The position numbers were made by a program, and so were the translations under genes. Shown here in pieces: positions 14,101 to 24,780 of a DNA stretch of 64,000 nucleotides (position 1 is its first letter; each line of letters begins with the position of its first letter). The notes beneath the pieces were generated by a model that was not told the DNA's origin, searched no databases, and worked only from the letters and a program-made list of their open reading frames with translations. The DNA comes from Mytilus edulis (taxonomy: Eukaryota): assembly GCF_963676685.1 (NCBI RefSeq), contig NC_092349.1:27280001-27344000 (forward strand), read 5' to 3'.

Positions 14101-17100
14101 AGTTTATGTTAATTTTGATCTAGGTTATGCACGCAACATCTTTATTAGTCGATTAATATCTTTTATAGGACCTCTGTAAAGTTTTGTGGAACAAAGTCTA
14201 GTGGAAGTCTGTACACCTCAAGAGGACCAGAAATTCTGCTTAAGTTTTCTTCTGATGGTTCTATGCAACAGATGGGGTTTCATCTTGAAGTTCTTCATTT
14301 CGTCACAGAAGGTTAGTTCTGACAAATTTTCATTTGTGTTTGTAGTTATTTTAGGTACCAGGCTTATAATTTAATACGTCAGACGCGAGTTTCGTCTACA
14401 TAAGACTGATCAGTGACGCGCAGATTAAAATAGTTAGAAAGCCAAACAAGTATAAAAAATTCAAAAAATTGTGCCAAATACGGCTATGTTAATAATATTA
14501 ACGGTACCAATTTTCTTGCACCAGATCCGCATTTCGACAAGACATGTCTTTTCAGTGATGCTCGTGGCCAAAATATTTGAAATCCAAATCTTATATAAAA
14601 GATGAAGAGCTATAATTCAAAAGGTCTATGTCTTGGATAAGAAAATAAGAAAATCCTTAGTATCTCGAGGATAATTCATACTTTTGTAAACAGTTAATAT
14701 ATTATTGATATTAATAATTAAATTGATTTTTTTTTATTTGTGAATGATTTTGTTAGTTAAGTAAAAGCTCATCTAGCTACATTGTATTTGCTTCGTACTT
14801 TTTTTACGACAAAGATTTTTAGAAAAAAAATTGTATATATGATTCATTGGTATGTAGATATAGGAAGATGTGGTATGAGTGCCAATGAGACAACTCTCCA
14901 TTCAAGTCACAATTTATAAAAGTATACCATTATAAGTCAAGGTACGGTCTTCAACACGGAGCCTAGGCTTACACCGAACATCAAGCTATAAAGGGCCTCA
15001 AAAATTACTAGTGTAAAACCATTCAAACGGGAAAACCAACAGTCTAATCTAAATAAAAAACGAGAAACGAGAAACATTTATGAACCACATTAACAAACGA
15101 CAACCACTGAACATCAGATTCCTGACTTAGGACAGATGCAAATGTTTACCGAAAGTGTACCATTAATAAAACGGTATATTTTGGCTATAGTTTTGCATGT
15201 ATTTAAAATACCCCTTTAACATGACAATGCAATGATGACAAAAAAGAAAAAAAGACCAAAACTCTGTAAGTTCTTGTTTAAAAGAAACCAGACAGCACCC
15301 CGATAGCATTTTTTATTTCTTTCAACTTCCAATCTTATCTATATGTATAGATTTTTATTTTTATTTTATTGAAGGTGATATAGAAAAGACAATTAATGAA
15401 AGAGAGAGAAAGAGAGGTAAGATGTCATAACTTCTCGATAAACAAAGATACATCTCAGATCAGAAGGTATGATGGATAACTGTTACCGTTCTTTAATTCT
15501 GCGTTCATAATAGTAATCAAAGGTATAAGGATTATAATTTAGTAAACCAGACTCGCGTTTCGTCTACACAAGACTCATCAGTGACGCTCAGATCTTTAAT
15601 TCTGCGTTCATAAACTTCTCGATAAAACAGGTACATCTGAGATCAGAAGGTATGATTGCTAACTGTTACCGTTCTTTAATTATCCTTCATAATAGTAATC
15701 AAAGGTACAAAGGTATCATGATTATAATTTAGTCAGCCAGACTCGCGTTTCGTTTACACATTCAAGACTCATCAGTGACGCTCAGATCAAAATATTTATA
15801 AAGCCAAACAAGTATAAAGTTGAAGAGTATTGAGGATCCGAAATTCCAAGAAGTTGTTCCAAAAACGGCTAAGCTAATCTATGACTTGGATAAGAAAATC
15901 CTTAGTTAAACATAAAATTCTTGATAAAACAGATACATCTCAGATCAGAAGGTAAGATTTATTACATAATGATCTTTAATTCTACGTTCATAAACTAAAG
16001 AATTATTTAGAAGTTTAGGTTGTTACCTCATTAGACAAAGATAATCTTGAGAAATTAACAAGCATTTTTGTTATTAACATTGAGTGTTCACAGCGTAATT
16101 ATATTGTTAAAAAATCTTTCAATGAACGTTATTTATCTGAAACAATATTTGAAAGCATATTATGTATAAGAAACGAAACAGTTGAAAATCTACATGGCCA
16201 AAAAGGACATCAAATATTAGTCAAATTCATCTAAGGGAGTTGACTCTTAGTTTCTTGATAATTTTAAGTTTATAAACGGACAATTAAAGAAGAAATGTTT
16301 GATGGCAGTTGCCATCAAATAATCCTTTTCTATAGCTAAAATTATGTACATTGGCGTTTGTATTTGCAGCAGTGCAGTGTGTCTGATGTTAATTTGTTTT
16401 CTTCTGATATCTTATAGTTTAAGTGTTTCCATAAGTTTAATCCGCCATTATCTACATAAGAACATTGTCTGTACCAAGACAGGAATATAACAGTTGTTGT
16501 CCATTCGTTAGATTTATTTGAGCTTATGATTTTACCATTTGATTAGGCAATTTCCGTTTTGAATTTTCCACGGCGTTAAGTATTTTTGTGATTTTACGTT
16601 TTTCCTTATCCTCAGTTGTGGTTTGTGAACTAGATTTGTTTAAGCTAAATCTATTTACGACGATTGGACAGCGGTATACTACTGTTGTCTTTAATGACTA
16701 TTGGACAGCGGTATACTACTGTTGTCTTTAATGACTATTGGACAGCAGTATACTACTGTTGTCTTTAATGACTATTGGACAGCGTTATACTTCTGTTGTC
16801 TTTAATGACTATTGGACAGCGGTATACTACTGTTGTCTTTAATGACTATTGAACAGCGTTATACTACTGTTGTATTTAATGCCTATTTGACAGCGTTATA
16901 CTACTTTTGTCTTTAATGAATTTTGGACAGCGGAATACTACTGTTGTCTTTAGTGACTATTGGACAGAGGTATACTACTGTTGTCTTTAAGACTATTGGA
17001 CAGCGTTATACTACTGTTGTCTTTAATGACTATTGGACAACGGTATACTACTATTGTCTTTAATGACTATTAGATAGCGGTATACTACTGTTGTCTTTTA

Positions 17101-18114
17101 TGGCTATTGGACAGTGTTATACTACTGTTGTCTTTAATGACTATTGAACAGCGTTATACTACTGTTGCCTTTAATGACTATTTGACAGCGGTATAATATT
17201 GTTGCATTTATTGACAACTAGATAACTAATTGGATGACATGCAACACATATTTCAATATGATGTTCGTAAATTTTGTTTATTCACTATTTTCATCGTAGA
17301 CGTCATTGAAAAAATGCATCATATATTCCCAAGTGTTATTTGTAATAAATTAAAAAAACTAAGAAGATAAATGCGATGTTCTTGAATGAAAAGATTGAGG
17401 TATTTTCCATTCCTTGATATCAAATAGTTATCAAAGGTACCAGGATTATAATAAAAAAAATGTTTTATATTTGATAAATGATTAAATATGAGAAAACTCA
17501 ACTATGTAATGTTGGGATATAATCACAAACCAATTACTGAGGTATCAAATAACAGATCGAATAGGCACAGGTGTTATTCATTCATTTGATTTATTTGAGC
17601 TTTTGATTTTGCCATTTGGCAAGGGTTTTCCGTTTATAGAGTATTCCTCGAAATGTTGGTATTTTTGTAGCTCTTCTTTTTGGATGTCAATTTTTTTTGT
17701 AAGAAAAATGTCACAAAAGGATCACCAATTGATCATAATTACCTCCTGAGTTCCAACATTGCATATTTTCAGACTAATTGTGTTATGGGTTATACATGTT
17801 CTGCTTAATTTATTCCAGCTGCCAGAGCTAATGTGACGAAATTCGTGGAAGGGAAGCTAACAGATTCCGTGTTGTTCCTAACACTGGTCAGTCTGCTAGG
17901 CCTTGCGCTGGTCAGCCTTATTCTGTTAATCGTCTACTACATTGTTAATATCAACAGAAAGAACCGTCGACAGAACAGCAACTACAACAGGAACGTTGTA
18001 TTCCAGACACCAATCATAGCGACAAAAAGCAGACGATACAGCAAGTCAAACTCTCGCGAGGATTCAAAAGCGGAAGCAAACAGAGACAATAGAACTCCAA
18101 CGAGATATGTGTAA
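11105..18114 (+). CDS. Single-CUB-domain type I membrane protein (239 aa; exons 11105-11147, 12193-12388, 14169-14311, 15375-15416, 17819-18114)
   Basis: Signal peptide MILIFLVVFLHDVLA; CUB motifs TPNYPDKYP...W...FFLE..DC.KDFLEI / FCG...LKFSSDGS..MGFHL; TM segment VLFLTLVSLLGLALVSLILLIVYYIV; basic stop-transfer. All introns are GT-AG with matching phases (1,2,1,1). Confidence 0.85.
13961..14128. repeat. 21-bp minisatellite, about 8 copies
   Basis: Unit ttaattttgatctagtttatg. Confidence 0.95.
14375..14420 (-). ncRNA. Degenerate type I hammerhead ribozyme in retrozyme/Penelope pLTR-type repeat
   Basis: Minus strand reads GCGTCA CTGATCA GTCT tatgt AGAC GAAA CTCGCGTC TGACGT. The core CUGAUGA is mutated. 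Confidence 0.7.
14516..14564 (-). ncRNA. Degenerate type I hammerhead ribozyme, second sequence family
   Basis: Minus strand reads GCATCA CTGAAAA GACA tgtct TGTC GAAA TGCGGA TC TGGTGC. Confidence 0.65.
15546..15590 (-). ncRNA. Minimal type I hammerhead ribozyme (core intact)
   Basis: Minus strand reads GAGCGTCA CTGATGA GTCT tgtgt AGAC GAAA CGCGAG TC TGGT. Confidence 0.8.
15736..15784 (-). ncRNA. Minimal type I hammerhead ribozyme (core intact, stem II altered)
   Basis: Minus strand reads GAGCGTCA CTGATGA GTCT tgaatgtgt AAAC GAAA CGCGAG TC TGGC. Confidence 0.7.
16663..17212. repeat. 37-bp tandem repeat, about 15 copies
   Basis: Unit ttggacagcggtatactactgttgtctttaatgacta. Confidence 0.95.
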
Positions 18115-20329
18115 GGAGCAAAAACAACCACCCACGTGTATGCTTTGATTTAACTTAGAGCACCGAAAGTAGAATGCCATTAGACGTTTTATTTCATGAT
18201 GGCGAAAATTACTAACAACAGTCAGTGCTTTATTTCTTTGAACATTTGGACCAAATAGATGGATAAATAGCTGGATGTATGTTTCTTAAAACATGTGATG
18301 ACATTGTTTGCATTATTTGTTCCTTGGAATCTATGGTGCCATTTAATGGATATTTGTTTCTTTTTGTTATGTTTCTTTAATATAAACGCACGATATAACT
18401 TGATATCAAAAGAACATTATTCTATATGATTGATTAATTGATAGGTGTTTAACATAACTTTCAGCACAATTGGCTTTATTGGAAAACGACCGACCACGGC
18501 TTAAAAACCAGCAAGTCTATTCAATAGAGGACGGAAGAGAACGCACCAGGTCCTGAGAAGCGGGATTCATTTTTTTCTATTGAAAATATATATAACGAGA
18601 AAATGCGATACTACCTTTGTAACCATACATAATTACATGCGTTGCTTGTTTTTTTTTTTTGTAGTTAAGAATACATAAACTTATAACATTGGTTGCAATA
18701 AAATGTTGTGATTTCCGAGTCGAATAAAAACCAAACTTCACGTGTGAAATGAATCATTTTCCTCCTTTGTTGTCACACAGTATTAAATAATGCTAGAACA
18801 AGACCATGCAGAAAGATAATCAATAAAGAAAGACCAAACTACACATTAATTAACGCGTGTTCGTTATAGCCTTTATAGTTAAGTTGACAAAACCTTTCGA
18901 AACTTTTGGTCCTCAATACTCTTCAACAGTGTTCTTGATTTGATTTTTTATACGAGTCACTTGTGAAACTTTCTTATGTGTTTTGCGTAGACGAAAACAG
19001 TAAAAAAGAAATACCGAACTCCGAGGAATATTAAAAACGAAAAATAAATAATCAAATAGCAATTCAAAAGCTCCAGCACATCAAACAAATTGAAAAACAA
19101 CTCACATTTTACATTAACTTGAGTCCAATGTACACAATTTTAATACAGGTATCTGTAATATAGTTAATTACCGTCGTACAGCGTTAATATGTTTGTATGG
19201 TGTGTCTCAATTTTACTAGCCAATGAAAACATCAATTAACTGTTTACTTCTTGTCCATACATCTTGTTTCGCCTACAAGTAATGGCATGCGATGTAAATC
19301 TTTTTTGTCAACATTTTCTATGTTAAGAATCGTTAGATAATAATAATCGCAATCAGCTATCCTCTGATCTTGACAATTTCTTAGTAAATACGTTTTTAAT
19401 ATTGTTATATTTGTAAGTGTGCACTCTCTCATTTTGTGTAATATACATTTGCTCTGGATTATTCAATGAACTCTGTCTTTACGAGTCGGCTCGGTGTAGT
19501 TTTTTAGTCTTTAGGGATGTTTCCCTTGTAACATACGGATATCTCATTTACCCTCGTTCAGATTCAAACATGAAGGACAGGAAAAACTCTTTTTATCGTT
19601 TACAGTATCTTATTTATCATATATCATTATCATTATAAGTTTGGTAAAAAATGTCGCAAAATTTCGATTTCGTCTATAACATTTGAATGTAAAAATGGTG
19701 ATATAAGTTATATGTTTTTTGAAAGAACATTTCAATATTGTAAACAGGAGTAATGCGCACAGTTCTGAAGTAAATTCTATAACAATTTTTCTCTGTGTAA
19801 TATATTTTGTAGTTTATTTTATAAACGAATGTATGAATTATGATTCAATAAATGTATATATAGTTATTATGTTGTTGCTATAAATACGCCACTATAAATT
19901 ATACACATTAAAGAATATGGGCATAAGAAAAAATAGTCAATTTCATCTCAAATACAGGACTCGCCTGAGCTGTGCTAAAAATTCAACAGAAGTTTGGTAG
20001 TATAGAAAACTAGTCCTTCTGATCTGAGCAACTGGGCAAATATGCATTCCTATCGTCATTTCATATACTAATGGTAGTTTCAAAGACTAACACAAGTCCT
20101 TGCACTTTTATATAATACCAACATTGTCAAGTAAATATTTTGCTCTTAGACAAAGGTACTGCTAAATGAAGGAACTTTTTTGTTAAAATTATGTTCCACA
20201 TATGTAGTTTCTTGTATGTATTTTGGGACCTAGCACGAATTTGTAGTTCTATACATATGAAAATATTGCGTTGCAATGAGATGATTAAATTTACCACGAT
20301 ATGTTAAAGTGAAAAAATATTATATATAT

Positions 20330-20510
20330 AGAAAAAGAAGATGTGGTATGATTGCCAATGAGACAACTCTCCGCAAGAGACCAAAATGACAGCTCTCCGC
20401 CAGAGACCAAAATGACACAGAAATTTAACAACTATAGGTCAATTACGGCCTTCAACAATGAGCATAGCCCATCCCACATAGTAAGCTATAAAAGGCCCCG
20501 AAATGACAAT
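20330..20510 (+). repeat. Representative copy of an abundant dispersed repeat (aagaagatgtggtatgattgccaatgagacaac...)
   Basis: Similar copies in both orientations near 4870-4980, 5483, 5875, 6685, 9012, 12840, 14864 and 28940. Confidence 0.8.
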
Positions 20511-21789
20511 TTAATTAGGTTTTTGATTTTTTTTTTGTAAATATCATAGATTTCTTCTTAAGCGCCAATATAAGTATGTAATTTGTTAAGTACTTCCAAT
20601 GAATGTTTGACACACTACTTTTGCAGACCTTTTCAGAAAAATATAATACCAGGTTTTTTGATTGTACCAATTAAGAATAGACAGTTTAGTAGTGGTACAG
20701 TGGCCTGAAGATGGTGACAAATGGTGCAGTTTCCTAATCATGTGCATATAGTTGGAGTTTTCATCTCATTCAGTTTTCCTTGTAAAGAAGTAGCAAAAAG
20801 TTCTTCGGATCGTAACCCTTGGTAAGCGAAGATGTCTTTTTTTCAGCATTCATTGGGTGACAATAATTGATTTCTTGTTTCTCGTGTAACTCGAGTATAT
20901 AACCCTTTACCAGGGGCTTTTTTTCCCCTGATTTACTTATCATGACTTTTTGAGTAGACATAAGCCTGACATAATTTCAAACTTTGTGTTTATATAGTGT
21001 TAACCATGTTAACATTTATTTACATATTGGTCGTTTTTCTCACCAAAAGAACATCGGATGGGATTTAGGTTTAATATTTTTCTTACTAGGAAATAAAATC
21101 ACATTTAAACTTTCCAAGATAAACACACTCTTGTATATGCAAAATCTCCTAGTCTTTCATTGGTAATACTAAAACTTGGCGAGTGCACATAGTACTTATG
21201 TTCAATTCCTATCACTAGTATGATAACATTTTCAAACGTAAAATGCACTTACAGCTAGGTCATATTTTAATTAATTGTTTATTTAATCGATAACCCGGAC
21301 ACATACAAATCAATTTATTTTTAAAATGTACCTTTTCACCCAATTTCAAGTATTTTTGTGAAGTGTTTACAAATGCCATTTTGTAAGGAAATGCATATTA
21401 TCAAATTGTTAAATTTTTAATCCATATATGTATAGAAAGAGTTTTATTCTGTAGTTTGAAAATAGAGCATTCTCTAAAGGTCAATTCATCTTTATAAAGT
21501 CATAATAATAATTATTATATGGTTAATAAAATTTATTATAAAAAACTTATGCAAACCATACAAAGACGGCAATCAACAGTGACAAATGTTCCCTTTTATC
21601 ACAATATAGATAGAGTAAGTAATTGAGACTCCATTTACCTATATAGACATAATCCAATTTTCCAATGTTTCTTATAAATAGCATTTCATATTTGCCTTCA
21701 GCCGTTAAAGGGAAATATCAAGATGGGGATAAATGTGTTTCAAGGATATGAGAAAATAGCATTGGGCGTTGTCATTAAGCAGCTATGAA

Positions 21790-24240
21790 GTAAAATCACT
21801 GAAAAATGAACTCCAAGGGAAATTTTAAAAGGAACGTCCCAAATCAAATGGCAAAATCAAAAGCTAAAACACATCAAACAAGTGGACAACAACTGCAATA
21901 TTTCTGACTTGGTACAGGCATTTTCTTATGTAAAAAATAGTGAATTGAACCTGGTTATATAGCTAGCTAAACCTCTGACTTGTATGACAGTCACACGTCA
22001 AATCCCATTATATTGACTACGATGTGTAAACACAACAAACAGGTAAATAGTTAAAAATGTCAAAAAGGGGTACAACAATCAACATTGTGTTATCATCCTA
22101 ATCACTTTAAAAACAAACTAATGTAACAAAGAAACACAAAAAGGCATACATCAAATTAACAACCTAATTTTGCTTTTTTATTGTACGATTTTATTCATCT
22201 TTGTGAAATCTATCCATAAAGGTGAAAGGTTTTAAGTACTGGGACCGAACCCTTACCCTGACAGACAGATGGTTGACCATGGTTAGATTAACATTAACTC
22301 TGACGTAGTATCATGCGTTTGACATCACATAGAGATATAACAAATTTGTCTTTTAAAGAATGACGGGATGCATAAGTACAGAGCCATGTCAAATGGATAT
22401 CGCAAAAAAAAAAAAAACCGATGATAAACAACGTCTGTACGGTGAATCAAGTCCATAATGCATTAATTGAGAAGTTGAGACGAATTATTTATCAACAAAT
22501 TCTTGGGAATGTACCAAGTCAGGAATATGACAGTTCTTGTCCATTCGTTTTTGATGCGTTTTGTTATTGGGACTGTACCAAGTCAGGAACATGACAGTTC
22601 TTTTCCATTCATTTTTGATGCGTTTTGTCATTTGATTTTGCCATGTGATTATGGACTTTCCGAATTGATTTTCCTCTGATTTCAGTATTTTTGTGATTTT
22701 ACTTTTTGGTATCTTCCGAGGAACTTTTTTTTAGAAAAAGGAAAACACGTTCCTTTACATCCCCCTGGTTCAACAACTTTCTGGTCAGACATTGGTGACG
22801 TTTTATAAAGTCTGAGTAGGAGCTGCAAGCTCTTGAATACCGAATAAGTTGGGAAATGTATCTTGCTACTAAGGTGGGGGAAATTGATTATTTCAAAATT
22901 AAAATCGTCTCGTTAGTCATAGATTCTGGTACTGAGATGACTGTCTATGTCAAATTTGAGGTATAAGTCTTGTTTGTTGTTTCTTTAATTTCTAGTTCTG
23001 TTGGATATATAAATGCAACCCAATCGAAAACTTTGCATTTTAATGTCAAGAACATCATTAATATATATCTGAAAGTGAAATTAAATAACCTGGATTCTTT
23101 GATCTTCTTGTTTTGACAAGTGTCTGAAGGAACTCCGATTCATATGAAAATAAGAAGAGGTCGTAAATGAGAGGCGCACAGATCGCTCCCATAAGAAGGC
23201 CGACAATTTGTTGAAAAAGTATACGTCCAAATTCAACAAATATGTTGTCCAGGGTTTCCCCTGGGTCAATTATTTTTTTCGCCACCTCTTTCGCCAAAAC
23301 AATATATTTTTCGCCACTTCATTATTTTTTTCGCCAAGTAACATAAATATATTTTTCGTTTAAAATTTACCTTTTTTCTAACCCCCCCCCCTTTTCCCTT
23401 AAATAAGATGAGTTCACCCTTTTGTACTAAGAAGTGGTTTTTACAACAAAACAAAAGCTTTTATCACATGAAATTGATCCCTCATTTCATGTGTAGTCAT
23501 TACCTTGAAGGGTTACTCTCATTGGAGGGTTTTTTCCCAACCTTTTGGATATGTTTCTTCATAACATCAGTTTTCTTTTCTTGACCACCGTAAATGAAAA
23601 AGTTGAGACGTAAAACTATGCTTGAAACCGTGACATGTGTCACTCAAACCACTTTAAAGTAGTCTCCCTAATCAATCACCTATATTAAAGTCAAAGGATA
23701 TTTAAAGTTTTAAATCGGAGATTTTTCTTGCTTTGGAACATTAGCTTTATTTTCTAAACTATATTTACATGGAGAGGAGACGCCAAAAAATTGCTTCAAA
23801 CACGTGCGTCGCAAAGTGGTAAATAAATTCTGTATGTGACATTTAGCGGAAGCCATTTAATCATATCATTTTGTCAAACAATTCAATCAACACCTTTATT
23901 AATTAGTTCTTTGTTGTCGATAGCTATAAAATGCAATCAGCTGATTATTATTTTCTCTCCAAATCTTAATGATATCAAGGTGAATTCCGAGTGTTGTCTG
24001 ATCCGGTAAAATTCGAGAAACTCGAAAAAAAGTAAATAAACAAGATGGAGAAAAATAAATCGTTATATATATTTCTTTCGCCAAATTCTTTCGCAAATGA
24101 CGAATTTTTATCGCCACAATTGAAATTTTTTCGCAAATTGCGAAAATGGCGACCGCCAGCGGAAACCCTGATGTTGTCAATAAGAAACTCCAGTATACTG
24201 ATCACTTGTTCATCTGTGTAGCATGTTTTATCCTCTTGTT
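21790..24240 (-). mobile_element. Decayed Penelope-like retroelement (RT fragment plus 3' repeat), interrupted by a hAT MITE
   Basis: LEFLIDNI | DNIFVEFG..FQQIVGLLMGAICAPL..DLFLFSYESEF, a PLE-type RT motif region with frameshifts. A related copy lies at about 31645-32720. Confidence 0.75.
23250..24170. mobile_element. Non-autonomous hAT element
   Basis: TIR CAGGGTTTCC / GGAAACCCTG, perfect 8-bp TSD ATGTTGTC (23242-23249, 24171-24178), and TTTCGCCA subterminal repeats. Confidence 0.9.
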
Positions 24241-24780
24241 CACTATGAACGGTCTAATCTATGAACGAGTAGAACGAGAAAAACTTTCGAACCATATCAA
24301 CAAACGACAACCACTGAACATCATGTTGCTGACTTAGGACAGGTGTAATCAAATACTGCGGGTTTTATTGTTTTAATAGGCACCAAGCTTCGTCCAACCC
24401 GGAATAATAGTTTAACATCACAACATAGAAAGACACACTACAAATTATCAATTTAAATGGCTCAACTTAATCAAAAGACATTTTTACAAAAATAAGTGAA
24501 CTTAAATAATAAACAGAAGACGAGAATTAGCAAATCGGATATATTTACAGATATGGTCAAGATTAAATGTAAACACATGATATGATTTTGTTACTTGTAT
24601 GGTAAAATAGCTGAGTTCAAGAATTCACGCATGATGAGGTTGATGTGGTTGATGAGGTTTGATATTCCACTCTCTAAAGGTCTTTAGAAAAAATGAATGT
24701 TCTCTAACTCTTTCCTGCACTGCAACAGCTGTTCAGATGAATAAATTCTTCGTTTTCTGTTTTATGAGGTTTTACTTTGC

